A DNA stretch of 64,000 nucleotides. Source: Patescibacteria group bacterium. Its GTDB lineage: Bacteria; Patescibacteriota; Patescibacteriia; JAQUQO01. Where the stretch lies: NCBI GenBank assembly GCA_028716045.1, contig JAQUQO010000001.1, positions 862,343 to 926,342 on the forward strand. The letters run 5' to 3'. Every line of letters starts with the position of its first letter. Position 1 is the stretch's first letter. A program made the position numbers and the translations under genes. Below the pieces are notes generated by a model. That model made no database searches. It was given only the letters and a program-made list of their open reading frames with translations, and had not been told where the DNA came from. Positions 47,894 through 58,215 of this stretch are shown here, in pieces.

Positions 47894-49063
47894 ATGCCTT
47901 CTTCAAAAAAAATAATTTTATCGGGTAATGAGGCCATCGCCCGCGGCGCGTATGAAGCCGGGTTGCGTTTGGCTGCGGGCTACGCCGGCACTCCTGCCAG
48001 CGAAGTGATGAATTATCTTGTGGCCAGGCAATCAGATGATTTTTATGCCGAATGGAGCAGCGATGAAAAGGTGGCGTTAGAAGTTTGTTTGGGTGCCAGC
48101 ACTCTCGGCCAGAGGTCGCTTTGTTCCATGAAAGCAAATGGCTTTAATATCTGTTTAGATACTCTAATGAGTTTAACTAAAAAAGGAATTACTGGCGGCA
48201 TGGTTTTTGTGGTTGTTGATGATCCGGAAGTGAGGTACTCCGATGTTTATCAAGACACTAGGGAATTTATGAAAATTATTGGCTTCACTATTTTGGAGCC
48301 GCAGACCATTGAAGAATGTTATAGCGCCGGGAAAGAATCTTTGGCTATGTCGGAAGAAAAAGGCCAGCCGGTATTTATCAGAATTACCAACAAGTTGGGG
48401 CATCTTTACGCGCCCCTTGAGGTTGGAGAAAGGGAAGCGCCCCGACCGCCCAAGTTTGATGACACCCCTTTCAAATTTAATCCTTATTCCAAAGAGAAAG
48501 AAAAAATAATTCCTTATTTTTGCCCCGGCTGTCCGCACGAAGGATTTTATAGAAATTTTTCCGTACCGGAAGGCTATATAATAAATGGCGATATTGGCTG
48601 TTATGAAATGGCCGGTTTTGGCAACAACGGGAAAGATGATAAACCCATCAGGGAAATTATTGATACTTTATTTGTAATGGGTTCGGGATTAAGCGTGTCT
48701 CAGGGGCAGTTGATTTGCGGACAAAAATCAATAGCTTTTTGCGGAGATGGAACTTTTTGGCATTCCGGAATTAATGGCTTGATTAACGCCGCTTACCATA
48801 AACATAACATTATACTTATCATAATGGATAATTCTTGCACGGGCATGACTGGACAACACCCGGTGCCCGATTTGTCCATAGAAAAAATGTGCGAGAATCT
48901 TGGCTGCCATGTAAAGATTGCGAATCCTTATAAAAAAGAGGAGGTCCAATCGGCTGTTGCCGAAGCTCTGGAAAATCCTGACCGAATCAACGTTATAATC
49001 AGCCGGGCGATGTGTATGATTAAATTTAAAAGATTACAAAAATCCAATGAAGTACATAATTAA
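47894..49063 (+). CDS. TPP-dependent 2-oxoacid:ferredoxin oxidoreductase alpha-like protein (IorA-like, lacks an Fe-S domain)
   Basis: 389 aa. N-terminal SGNEAIARGAYEAG...YAGTP. TPP motifs CPGCPH, GDG...DNSCTGMTGQ. Confidence 0.5.
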   Translation: MPSSKKIILSGNEAIARGAYEAGLRLAAGYAGTPASEVMNYLVARQSDDFYAEWSSDEKVALEVCLGASTLGQRSLCSMKANGFNICLDTLMSLTKKGITGGMVFVVVDDPEVRYSDVYQDTREFMKIIGFTILEPQTIEECYSAGKESLAMSEEKGQPVFIRITNKLGHLYAPLEVGEREAPRPPKFDDTPFKFNPYSKEKEKIIPYFCPGCPHEGFYRNFSVPEGYIINGDIGCYEMAGFGNNGKDDKPIREIIDTLFVMGSGLSVSQGQLICGQKSIAFCGDGTFWHSGINGLINAAYHKHNIILIIMDNSCTGMTGQHPVPDLSIEKMCENLGCHVKIANPYKKEEVQSAVAEALENPDRINVIISRAMCMIKFKRLQKSNEVHN

Positions 49064-49382
49064 AGGCCTCGGCGGTCAAGGCGCTTGGTTTTTGGCCCAA
49101 ATCACAGCGGAAGCGCTGCTGAAGAAAGGAGTGGAAGATTTTACTTTTTTAAAAGAGTTTGATGAGGGTCAAAGAAACGGAGAAATTAAAATTACCTTTA
49201 ATCTACCTTTTGATTTTCCGGACAGAGAGCTCGTGTTAAAGGAACATAATATGGTTGAACTGCGCGGCATAGTAAGGGATTTGGATTTAGATGAATCAGC
49301 CGTCGAAGAGGCTCTTAAAAAATTAAAACCAAATTCTTTCGTAAAAAATATAGAAATATTTAAAAACGCAAAAATTAATTAA
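49047..49382 (+). CDS. small IorB/PorG-like subunit (GLGGQG motif)
   Basis: 111 aa. MKYIIKGLGGQG N-terminus. Overlaps the previous gene by 17 nt. Confidence 0.4.
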   Translation: MKYIIKGLGGQGAWFLAQITAEALLKKGVEDFTFLKEFDEGQRNGEIKITFNLPFDFPDRELVLKEHNMVELRGIVRDLDLDESAVEEALKKLKPNSFVKNIEIFKNAKIN

Positions 49383-49392
49383 TTTTAATAAT

Positions 49393-50454
49393 ATGTCCGA
49401 AGAAAAAAATTACGAAACAAAAATTAAATTAGTAATCTGGGATGCCGATAACACCCTTTGGGACGGCACAGTTTATTATCGAGACAAAGAAGCGATAAAA
49501 ATAAAGCCGGGCACTAAAGCCGCCCTGAAAGAGCTTGATAAGAGAGGAATTATTAGCACGATGTGCAGTAAGAATAATTATGAAGACGTGGACGAAATGT
49601 TAAAAAAGTTTGAAATTAACGAATATTTTAAGGAGCCGCAAGTGGGGTGGGGGTTAAAATCCGAAGCCATTAAAAAATTAGCCGATATTTTTAAAGTTTC
49701 TTTTGAGCAGATATTATTTATTGACGATGATCCTTTTCAGAGGGCAGAGGTGACAGCTACTATCTCCGGTCTTAATGTTACTGAGTTAGCCGATCCCATA
49801 GATATTTTAAATATCGATGGCATTAAACCAAAAAATGAGACAGACGAAGACAAAGAAAGAGTAAAGATTTTAAAAGAAGCGAGAGACCGAGAAGAGGCGG
49901 AAAAGAGTCATGGCGGTAACTATAAAGATTTTTTGCGTCAGTGCGGAATTAAAATGTTTGTCAGAAATGTAGAAGAGAAAGATTGGCCGCGAGTGACCCA
50001 GTTATTAAATAGGACTAACGAATTAAATGCCACCGGCAATCGTTACCAACTAGACGAACTAAAGAAATCTTTTGAAGTTAATAAAGATAAAGTGTTTATA
50101 GTAGAGCTAACTGACAAATTTGGTGATTATGGTTTGATCGCCGAAACCATCATTGATACTACCGAACCGGGCGTTTGGTCAATCCGCGACCTTACCGTTT
50201 CTTGTCGCACCATGGGGCGCGGCATAGGAAGCACTTTAATTTTAGTCACTTTACATTTAGCCAAAAAGGAAGGAATCAGAAAGGTCAAAGGTTACGTTAA
50301 GACCACTGAATCTAACTGGAGAATGCAGCCATTATTTGAAAAAAGGGGATTTACCCAAATTTCTGACGAAGGGGAGGTAAAAAGATACGAATTTGATTTG
50401 AATAATGAAATTATGAAATATCCCGATTGGCTTGATATAACTATAAATATTTAA
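49393..50454 (+). CDS. HAD-superfamily (FkbH-like) phosphatase domain fused to a GNAT acetyltransferase-like domain
   Basis: 353 aa. LVIWDADNTLWDG (HAD motif I). C-terminal CRTMGRGIGSTLI GNAT motif A. Confidence 0.5.
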   Translation: MSEEKNYETKIKLVIWDADNTLWDGTVYYRDKEAIKIKPGTKAALKELDKRGIISTMCSKNNYEDVDEMLKKFEINEYFKEPQVGWGLKSEAIKKLADIFKVSFEQILFIDDDPFQRAEVTATISGLNVTELADPIDILNIDGIKPKNETDEDKERVKILKEARDREEAEKSHGGNYKDFLRQCGIKMFVRNVEEKDWPRVTQLLNRTNELNATGNRYQLDELKKSFEVNKDKVFIVELTDKFGDYGLIAETIIDTTEPGVWSIRDLTVSCRTMGRGIGSTLILVTLHLAKKEGIRKVKGYVKTTESNWRMQPLFEKRGFTQISDEGEVKRYEFDLNNEIMKYPDWLDITINI

Positions 50455-50466
50455 TTAAATATTTTT

Positions 50467-51042
50467 ATGGCAGACGGAAAGAATATTCTTATCCATCTAA
50501 CAGTAGAAGTTTCTCCGGAGGCCGAAATCGGCGAGGGCACGCGCATTTGGCAGAATTCGCAAATCCGAGAAGGGGCAAAAATAGGGAGAAATTGTATTTT
50601 AGGGAGAAATGTTTATGTGGACAGCGATGTGGTGATTGGCAACAATGTTAAAGTACAAAGCAATGTTATTGTGTGCCGCGGTCTTATCATTGAAGACGGA
50701 GTATTTATCGGACCCTATGCGTGTTTTGTTAATGACAAATCGCCGCGGGCTATTAATCCCGACGAATCTCTTAAGACGAACAGCGACTGGGAGATGGCCA
50801 AAACTATCGTGAAAAAAGGGGCTTCCATAGGAGCAAATGTCACCTTGACCGGAGGCCTGACAGTCGGAGAATTTTCTTTGATCGGTGCTGGCGCTTTAAT
50901 TACAAAAGATACCCTTCCTTTTGGGCTTTATATCGGGCACCCCGCCAAACTTGTGGGTTATGTTTGCAAGTGCGGCAAACGGCTTGAAAATAAATGCCCT
51001 GTTTGCGAGATGTCCTTAGCGGATATAAAAAAAGAAGAATAA
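50467..51042 (+). CDS. hexapeptide-repeat sugar N-acetyltransferase (WbpD/PglD-like) with C-terminal Zn-ribbon
   Basis: 191 aa. LbH repeats. C-terminal CKCG...CPVC. Confidence 0.7.
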   Translation: MADGKNILIHLTVEVSPEAEIGEGTRIWQNSQIREGAKIGRNCILGRNVYVDSDVVIGNNVKVQSNVIVCRGLIIEDGVFIGPYACFVNDKSPRAINPDESLKTNSDWEMAKTIVKKGASIGANVTLTGGLTVGEFSLIGAGALITKDTLPFGLYIGHPAKLVGYVCKCGKRLENKCPVCEMSLADIKKEE

Positions 51043-51051
51043 AGTTAAATA

Positions 51052-52025
51052 TGGATAAATTGAAGGTTGCTGTTATTGGGACCGGCAATATGGGCCGCAA
51101 CCATATGAGAAATTATTTTGAAATGCCGCGAGTTAACTTAGTGGCTATTTGTGATGTAAACCGAAAAGCAGGTGAACAGCTGGCGCTTAAATATGGCTGC
51201 CTTTTTTATGAGGACTACCATAAAATGTTTAATGAGCAACAGATTGATGCCGTTTCCATAGCAGTACCTACTTTTTTGCATCATCAAGTTGCTAGCGATG
51301 TTTTAATGAAAAAAGTACATGTGTTGTTGGAAAAACCCATTGCGGTGAATTTAGAAGAAGCACGCGACATAATTACCAAGGCGAAAGAACAGGGAGTTAA
51401 ATTAATGATCGGGCACATTGAAAGATTTAATCCGGCAGTGCAAAGAGTTAAAGAATTGATTGACACCGGACGATTTGGAAAAATTATATCTCTAAATATC
51501 AAAAGAGTGGGGGGCCTGCCTCCGCAGCTTAAACAAGCTAATGTGGTTATAGATTTGGCCATTCATGATATCGATATTTCTAATTATTTGTTTGGTGATC
51601 TGCCCGAGAAAATTTATGGCTATAAATCCAAAAATTTATTACAAGAGCAAGAAGATAGCGCCAATATACTACTGCAGTACAAAAGGGGATGTTCATTTAT
51701 TGAAGTTAATTGGGTTACTCCGGTTAAAATAAGAAATATGGACATTACCGGAACTAAAGCCTTTGCTCGGTTGGATTTTATCCATCAGAAAATTACTTTG
51801 TATGAAAATTGTTATCTGAATGAAGGATTGGATAGTTCCTATAAAGATTTTGGGGAATTCGTTTCTAAATTCAGTTTAACGGATAAAATAGAAATTGGTG
51901 TAAATGCCAAGGAATCGCTTCAATGTGAATTGGAAGAATTTATCAATTGCATAGTAGAAGATAGAGAGCCAATTGTTTCCGGGGAAGATGGTTATAAAGC
52001 CCTGGAAGTCGCTTTAAAATTTTAA
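51052..52025 (+). CDS. Gfo/Idh/MocA family NAD(P)-dependent sugar oxidoreductase (WbpB-like)
   Basis: Start taken at ATG 51052 (MDKLKVAVIGTGNMGRNH Rossmann N-terminus). Confidence 0.75.
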
Positions 52026-52026
52026 T

Positions 52027-53091
52027 ATGACGGAAACAGCCAAAGTAAGCATCATCATGCCGACGCTTAATTCCTCTTCCACTATAAGAAAGGCGCTGGA
52101 GTCCATTCGCAAACAAAAATATGACCAGAGTTTGGTTGAGATACTGGTAATTGACGCCGGTTCGTATGATCAGACCAAAAAAATAGCGGCTGAATATGGA
52201 TGTAAGATTTTGCCAAACCCTAAAACTCAGCAGGAATATGCCAAGCATATTGGAATATTGTCAGCCAGTGGCTCGGTAGGAATTTTTTTAGATTCTGACG
52301 AAGTGTTGAGTAATGATTTGGCTATAAAGAGAAGGGTGGATATTTTGTCTGGAAATTCTTCTTTGAAAGTCGTCCATTCGGGTGGGTACAAAAAACCGGC
52401 AGGGTTTTCTTCAGTCAATGATTATATTAATAATTTTTCCGATCCCTTTGTATTTTTTATGTACGGGATTTCTTCCCAGTATCCATTTTTTTTGGATTGC
52501 TGGAAGAGAAAATATTTGTACACCGGAGAATCGGAATCTTTTGTGTCTTTTAAATTTAAAAAGAACGATGCTATACCCGTGGTTGATATGTGCGCCGGTA
52601 ATGCTATGGATTTGGATTATTTCCGGGAAAAGTTCAAAGATATTTTGCAGGATGAAAAAATCGTTCCGCGCATATTTTATTTGATAGTTGGGGACGGCAA
52701 AGAGGTGGCCTTACTAAAAAATGATTTTATCATCCATTACTCCGCGGACAGCTATAAAAAGTTTATTAATAAAATAAAATGGCGGGTCATTGTGAATTTG
52801 CATTACAGAGAAATGCCGGGGACAGGATTTTCAAACAGGGAAGAATTTCAACCGCGTTGGTTTAGGTTTAAAAAATATTTATTTATACCCTATTCATTAA
52901 GTATTATATTGCCATTCGCGTCCGCCGCTTATTTTTCCATTAAAAGAAAAAAGCCGGTTTTAATGGTCCACCTTCCTTTGACTTTTTATACCGCCTGTAT
53001 TATATTATGCCAGTATTTCCTAAAAATTTTGGGCATCAAGCCGAAGATAAAAACATACGGAAATGAAGAAAGAGAATTAGTAATAAATTAA
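52027..53091 (+). CDS. family 2 glycosyltransferase with C-terminal membrane segment
   Basis: 354 aa. SIIMPTLNS...[13 protein letters not shown] motifs. Confidence 0.65.
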   Translation: MTETAKVSIIMPTLNSSSTIRKALESIRKQKYDQSLVEILVIDAGSYDQTKKIAAEYGCKILPNPKTQQEYAKHIGILSASGSVGIFLDSDEVLSNDLAIKRRVDILSGNSSLKVVHSGGYKKPAGFSSVNDYINNFSDPFVFFMYGISSQYPFFLDCWKRKYLYTGESESFVSFKFKKNDAIPVVDMCAGNAMDLDYFREKFKDILQDEKIVPRIFYLIVGDGKEVALLKNDFIIHYSADSYKKFINKIKWRVIVNLHYREMPGTGFSNREEFQPRWFRFKKYLFIPYSLSIILPFASAAYFSIKRKKPVLMVHLPLTFYTACIILCQYFLKILGIKPKIKTYGNEERELVIN

Positions 53092-53093
53092 CT

Positions 53094-54134
53094 ATGGAAA
53101 AGAAAAAAGCTTTAATCACGGGAATCACGGGGCAAGATGGCAGCTACTTAGCTGAATTTTTATTAGATAAAGGATACAAGGTTTATGGAATTCAGCGCCG
53201 GTCCAGTAGCTTTAATACGGAGCGCATTAATCACCTTTATGACAATCCGAATTATCCGGATTTTTTAACCTTTTATGGAGATTTGTCCGATGGGGGAAAT
53301 ATAAGGAAGATTCTGCAGGAAGTGCATCCTGATGAAATATATCATTTGGGCGCGCAGTCGCATGTGCGAGTAAGTTTTGACATTCCCGAATATACCGGAG
53401 ACGTTACAGCCCTTTCCACTGTCAGGATATTGGAAGCGATCAGGGGAGAGGGTTTGAAGACTAAATTTTATCAGGCTTCCTCATCTGAAATGTTTGGCCA
53501 AGCGGTGGAAATCCCCCAAAAAGAAACAACCGCCTTTTACCCCCGTAGCCCCTATGGTTGTGCCAAAGTTTATGCTTATTGGATAACTAAAAATTACAGG
53601 GAAAGTTATGGTTTATTCGCCTGCAATGGCATTTTGTTTAATCACGAATCCCCGCGCCGCGGAGAAACTTTCGTGACCCGCAAAGTAACCAGAGGATTAT
53701 CTAGAATAAAATTAGGTAAGCAAGATATATTAAAAATAGGAAATTTGGAGGCACGGAGGGATTGGGGCTATGCGCCCGACTATGTCAAGGCAATGTGGTT
53801 AATGATGCAGAGAGAAGTGCCCGATGATTATGTGATTGCTACCGGAGAATCGCATTCGGTCAGGGAATTAATTGAAGAAGTGGCTCGTTGCTTGGATTTT
53901 GACTTGGTTTGGCAGGGAGCCGGCCTGGAAGAAAAGGGAGTTGATACCGAAAGCGGAAAGATAATTGTAGAAATAGACCCGGTATATTATCGTCCGTCTG
54001 AAGTGGATGCTTTGCTTGGCGATGCCAGTAAAGCAAAAGAAAAGCTGGGTTGGGAACCCGTGGTTAAGTTTAAGGAATTAATAGGTATAATGGTTAAGGT
54101 TGATTACGATCGGGAAAGCAAAATAAATTATTAA
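53094..54134 (+). CDS. gmd: GDP-mannose 4,6-dehydratase
   Basis: 346 aa. [21 protein letters not shown]-terminus and ESPRRG motif. Confidence 0.9.
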   Translation: MEKKKALITGITGQDGSYLAEFLLDKGYKVYGIQRRSSSFNTERINHLYDNPNYPDFLTFYGDLSDGGNIRKILQEVHPDEIYHLGAQSHVRVSFDIPEYTGDVTALSTVRILEAIRGEGLKTKFYQASSSEMFGQAVEIPQKETTAFYPRSPYGCAKVYAYWITKNYRESYGLFACNGILFNHESPRRGETFVTRKVTRGLSRIKLGKQDILKIGNLEARRDWGYAPDYVKAMWLMMQREVPDDYVIATGESHSVRELIEEVARCLDFDLVWQGAGLEEKGVDTESGKIIVEIDPVYYRPSEVDALLGDASKAKEKLGWEPVVKFKELIGIMVKVDYDRESKINY

Positions 54135-54136
54135 AT

Positions 54137-55072
54137 ATGGCGGTTTCAAAGAAAATTTTTGTGGCCGGAGGCACTGGTTTTTTGGGTAAAAGAGTAATCA
54201 AGCGGCTGAAAGAAGACAGTTTTTCTTATTGCACGACATCTTTAAGTAACGGCGTCGATTTTAGAGACAGGAAGCAGGTGCAAGATTTTTTTGATAAAGA
54301 AAGACCAGATATTGTGATAAATTGCGCCGCTTATGTCGGCGGAATTAAATTTGGTTTGGAGCATGAAGGGGAAATTTATTACAATAACATTTTGATGAAC
54401 GCAAATCTTATAGATGTTTCCCGCGAGCACACAGTGAAAAGATTTATAAATCCGATTTCCAATTGTTCTTACCCGGATGTTACGGAAAAAGATTTTAAAG
54501 AAGAAGAGTGGTGGGATGGCCCGCTCCACCCCTCAGTTTTAGTTTATGGTTTTGCGAAAAAGGCGACCTGGGTTCAATCTTACGCTTACCATAATCAGTT
54601 TGGCATGGATTTTATAAATCTTTTGGTGCCCAATATGTATGGCCCCGGAGACCACTTTGAAGAAGTCCGCTCTCATGCCCTCGGTGCGTTGATTATGAAG
54701 ATAGTTGAAGCGAAAAAAGCAGGCAAACCGGAAGTAATTGTTTGGGGAACGGGCAAGCCCGTGAGGGAATGGCTTTACGTTGATGATTGCGTGGAGATTT
54801 TATTAAGGTCTATGAATATTGACGCTATTTCCGAGCCGATTAATATAGGTCAAGGGCGGGGGGTTTCTATAAAAGAAATGGCAGAAATTATACAGCAAGT
54901 CGCCGGTTATGAAGGGAAATTGGTTTTTGATGCTTCCAAGCCGGACGGGGCTCCTTATAAAATTATGAATGTAGAAAAAATGAAAAAGATTTTTAACTGG
55001 GTGCCGGAAACAAAATTAGAAGACGGCATAAAGCAAACCGTGCAATGGTATTTAGAAAATGTTAAAAAATAA
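54137..55072 (+). CDS. fcl: GDP-L-fucose synthase-like NAD-dependent epimerase/reductase
   Basis: 311 aa. SDR/epimerase fold (VAGGTGFLG). Directly downstream of gmd. Confidence 0.6.
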   Translation: MAVSKKIFVAGGTGFLGKRVIKRLKEDSFSYCTTSLSNGVDFRDRKQVQDFFDKERPDIVINCAAYVGGIKFGLEHEGEIYYNNILMNANLIDVSREHTVKRFINPISNCSYPDVTEKDFKEEEWWDGPLHPSVLVYGFAKKATWVQSYAYHNQFGMDFINLLVPNMYGPGDHFEEVRSHALGALIMKIVEAKKAGKPEVIVWGTGKPVREWLYVDDCVEILLRSMNIDAISEPINIGQGRGVSIKEMAEIIQQVAGYEGKLVFDASKPDGAPYKIMNVEKMKKIFNWVPETKLEDGIKQTVQWYLENVKK

Positions 55073-55076
55073 AAAT

Positions 55077-55487
55077 ATGGTCGAAGAAGAAATTAAAGAA
55101 GGTGATTTATTGATAGCTAAAATAATCAGAGACCAGGGGTGGCCAGATAATTTGCAATTTTATTCGAACGATTCTGATTTTTTGCAGGTGGCCACCTGGA
55201 ATTATGGCGCCGGTAAGCATCTAAAGGCACATGCCCATAAAATATGCGAAAGAACTTCCGATAGAACAAACGAGGTCCTGTTTATTAAACAGGGGAAAAT
55301 TAAAGGTATATTTTATGGCGAAAACGATAAATTAATTTCTGAAAAGGAATTAAGCGCCGGCGATATTGTGATAATTTATGCCGGCGGGCATGCTTACGAT
55401 ATTTTAGAAGATAAGACCCAGGTTTTAGAAATTAAGAATGGCCCTTATCCCGGGTTAGAATTGGATAAAAAAATTATAGAACGATAA
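55077..55487 (+). CDS. cupin-fold protein (possible sugar ketoisomerase, FdtA/WxcM-like)
   Basis: ~136 aa from ATG 55077. His cluster HLKAHAHK and Gly-rich beta-strand pattern of cupins. Family assignment is weak. Confidence 0.3.
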   Translation: MVEEEIKEGDLLIAKIIRDQGWPDNLQFYSNDSDFLQVATWNYGAGKHLKAHAHKICERTSDRTNEVLFIKQGKIKGIFYGENDKLISEKELSAGDIVIIYAGGHAYDILEDKTQVLEIKNGPYPGLELDKKIIER

Positions 55488-55513
55488 TTTCAATTTTTTA
55501 ACTCATAATTATT

Positions 55514-56437
55514 ATGAGCGAAAAACGTTTTGAGATAAAAGAGCATGATAAACAATCTTTTTCACCAGAACAAAAGGAGTTAGTCGATGAAATAAAAGAA
55601 ATTACCGAATTACAACTTCGGAATATCCCCGAATCCCATGGCATAGAACATACGAAGTTGGTTGAAGGGTTTGCTCATTATTTAGCCACTCAAGAAGGGG
55701 CTAATGTTTTTGAAATAGCCATCGCCGCTTGGCTGCATGATTGGGGCAGAGTTGGTGAAAAAGAACGAAGAGAAAAGAATACTTCTGTCCCCCATGCTAA
55801 AATTTCACGAGTCAAGTCGCAGAGGATGTTATTAGGCCCTCTTTTGGAGGAAGGCAAATTAAATTCCGGCGAGTATCAGCGAATTTTAAAGATTATAGAA
55901 ACACACAGTGATTTACCCGGAGAACCGATGTTGGAAAAAAAGATTATTCGCGATGCCGATCGCCTAAGTCGCATGGGCGCGATAGGTTTATGCCACTTAA
56001 TGGAAGCAGGGGAAGAAAATAAATTACCCTTATATAAAGAAGGAAGGCCTATTTTACGATCGCCAGATCCCAAATCAGTAATGGATGTGCAATGCGTGAT
56101 TGACGACATAAATTATTGTATTGATTGGGCAAGTATTTTAGAGACAAAAGCCGCGCGGAAATTGGTAGAAGAATACCACTTAGTGGATCTTTTACAGGAA
56201 TTTCTAAAAACTTTTGCTAAATATAAAAATCAGATTCGTCCGGAAATTTTAATAAAATGGGTTTCCGAAGAAGTAGGCGCGATAAGAGTAAAACGGGCTG
56301 AAATTGAAGAAAAATTCAAAACAGATAAAATAAAATGCGAGAAAGAATTATTAAAATTAGAGGACCCTGGTATTTTTAACGAAAATCGATTAAAGAAATT
56401 TTTAGCGCGGATGGAAAATAACGAAATTTTGATTTAA
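55514..56437 (+). CDS. HD-domain metal-dependent phosphohydrolase
   Basis: 307 aa. HGIEH...AAWLHDWGR...D HD motif. Confidence 0.6.
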   Translation: MSEKRFEIKEHDKQSFSPEQKELVDEIKEITELQLRNIPESHGIEHTKLVEGFAHYLATQEGANVFEIAIAAWLHDWGRVGEKERREKNTSVPHAKISRVKSQRMLLGPLLEEGKLNSGEYQRILKIIETHSDLPGEPMLEKKIIRDADRLSRMGAIGLCHLMEAGEENKLPLYKEGRPILRSPDPKSVMDVQCVIDDINYCIDWASILETKAARKLVEEYHLVDLLQEFLKTFAKYKNQIRPEILIKWVSEEVGAIRVKRAEIEEKFKTDKIKCEKELLKLEDPGIFNENRLKKFLARMENNEILI

Positions 56438-56452
56438 TTATTACGTTTAATT

Positions 56453-57553
56453 ATGGCCGAGCAAAAATTTATTAATCAAATGGAGCCCTGGTATGGGGAA
56501 GAAGAAAAGAAGGCAATAGCGGATTATTTAAATTCTGGCGGGTGGATTATGGAATTTAAAAAAACCAGAGAGTTTGAGCAGATGATAGCGGAATTTTGCG
56601 GAGCGAAATATTGTAGCGTAGTGGCTAACGGGACGGTGAGCTTATTTATAGCTTTAAGGGCGATTGGTGTCGGACCCGGCGATGAAGTAGTGGTTCCTGA
56701 TTATACTATGATCGCCACTCCCAATGCCGTAGTGCTTGCCGGCGCCAAGCCAATTTTTGTAGACGTGGATGACTCTTTGTGTTTAGATGTTGATAAAGTT
56801 TCAGGGGTTATCAATGAAAAAACTAGGGCGATTTTTCATGTAAGTATAAACGGCCGAGCCGGCCGGTTGGAAGAATTGAAGGAGTTATGCGACAGAAAGG
56901 GTTTAATTTTGCTTGAAGACGCGGCGCAATCCCTCGGATCCTTTTATAAAGGAAAGCATTTGGGTAATTTTGGGGCGATCGGCAGTTTTTCTTTCAGTGT
57001 TCCTAAAATTATCACCACCGGACAGGGCGGGGCGCTTATTACTAATGACGAAGATTTATATAAAAAAATTTGCAAAGTAAAAGATTTCGGCCGGGTTAGC
57101 GGCGGCTGTGATATTCATGATGAATTTGGGTGGAATTTTAAGTTTACCGATTTGCAGGCGGTTTTCGGTATTGAGCAAATGAAAAAGCTTAGAGACCGCA
57201 TAACAAGAAAGAAAAATATTTGCAAGTTTTACGCGGAAAAACTTAAGGGAGTGCCCGAGGTGGAATTAATAGGCACCGATTTAGAAGAAGTTTCCCCTTG
57301 GTTCATAGAAATACTGGTGGAAGATCCGCAAAAGCTAAGTGATTTTTTAAAGGAAAAAAATATAGGTTCCAGGGCGTTCTATCCCGCCATCCATACGCAA
57401 AAGATATACAGCGATGTCGCCGGAGAATTTCCCAAAGCATCACGTTTTGCCAAGAGGGGGCTATGGCTGCCATCAGCGAGCCAGCTTGGAGAAGAAGATG
57501 TAAAGAGAGTTTGCCAAGCCATAAAAGATTATTTTGCGACTAACCATAATTAA
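56453..57553 (+). CDS. DegT/DnrJ/EryC1/StrS family sugar aminotransferase (second copy)
   Basis: 366 aa. GTVSLFIALRA, SFSVPKII motifs. Confidence 0.85.
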   Translation: MAEQKFINQMEPWYGEEEKKAIADYLNSGGWIMEFKKTREFEQMIAEFCGAKYCSVVANGTVSLFIALRAIGVGPGDEVVVPDYTMIATPNAVVLAGAKPIFVDVDDSLCLDVDKVSGVINEKTRAIFHVSINGRAGRLEELKELCDRKGLILLEDAAQSLGSFYKGKHLGNFGAIGSFSFSVPKIITTGQGGALITNDEDLYKKICKVKDFGRVSGGCDIHDEFGWNFKFTDLQAVFGIEQMKKLRDRITRKKNICKFYAEKLKGVPEVELIGTDLEEVSPWFIEILVEDPQKLSDFLKEKNIGSRAFYPAIHTQKIYSDVAGEFPKASRFAKRGLWLPSASQLGEEDVKRVCQAIKDYFATNHN

Positions 57554-58212
57554 TGTTATTGAAGTTGAAAGATTTTTTAGATTTATCTGTTTATACTCTA
57601 AAGGAAGAGGGTTTTTTTTCTTTTTGTCAAAAGGCATTAGCACATTTGGCGGGGAGTATTTTTAGTTATAATACCATTTTGGTTTACGAAAAAGATTTAA
57701 CCAAATTAGATAACATTTATTTTTACCCTCGTTTGGACGGCGCTGTTCTAAAAATTATTTCTTCTATTGACGAATATAACAAAGCAAAAGAAGGGGGATA
57801 TAGTTTAGATATAGCAGTTTCCGAGCGTTGGATCGGAGAAGGTGCCATAGCTTTTTGTGTGTTTGTTGGCAGGGATTTGGCCCATCTAACATGGGTAGCT
57901 CTTAATCAAGAGACAAAGTCGCATATAGATTCAAATAATTACCAAGTCGATTTTTTAAACAAAGAAGTGGCTTCGGGAGCTTCCAAAACAAAGAAAAAAT
58001 ATTTGAGAAAGGGTTTGTATCTTTTTGTTTATTCGGAAATTTTTATCTTTTTGCATAATTTAGGCAAAACTAGGGATAAATTTACAATAAATGAAAGCAA
58101 TACGGCATCCCGCCGAGCTTTGGAAAAATTTAACCCCAGAATAATTAAAAAAATAAAGTGTCTTAGAATATTATTTTTTTCAAAGTGCCGAGAGCTTCCT
58201 TTAATTTTTTAA
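57553..58212 (+). CDS. hypothetical protein, possible GNAT-like acyltransferase
   Basis: 219 aa. Weak resemblance (C-terminal NTASRRALEKFN). Overlaps the previous stop. Confidence 0.3.
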   Translation: MLLKLKDFLDLSVYTLKEEGFFSFCQKALAHLAGSIFSYNTILVYEKDLTKLDNIYFYPRLDGAVLKIISSIDEYNKAKEGGYSLDIAVSERWIGEGAIAFCVFVGRDLAHLTWVALNQETKSHIDSNNYQVDFLNKEVASGASKTKKKYLRKGLYLFVYSEIFIFLHNLGKTRDKFTINESNTASRRALEKFNPRIIKKIKCLRILFFSKCRELPLIF

Positions 58213-58215
58213 AAT

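Noticed and set aside
50994-51051. Longer upstream starts for the Gfo/Idh/MocA gene (50994) and the DegT gene (46754)
   Set aside because: The extensions overlap the preceding genes and encode non-conserved residues. Internal ATGs at 51052 and 46788 have SD-like sequences and give canonical N-termini.
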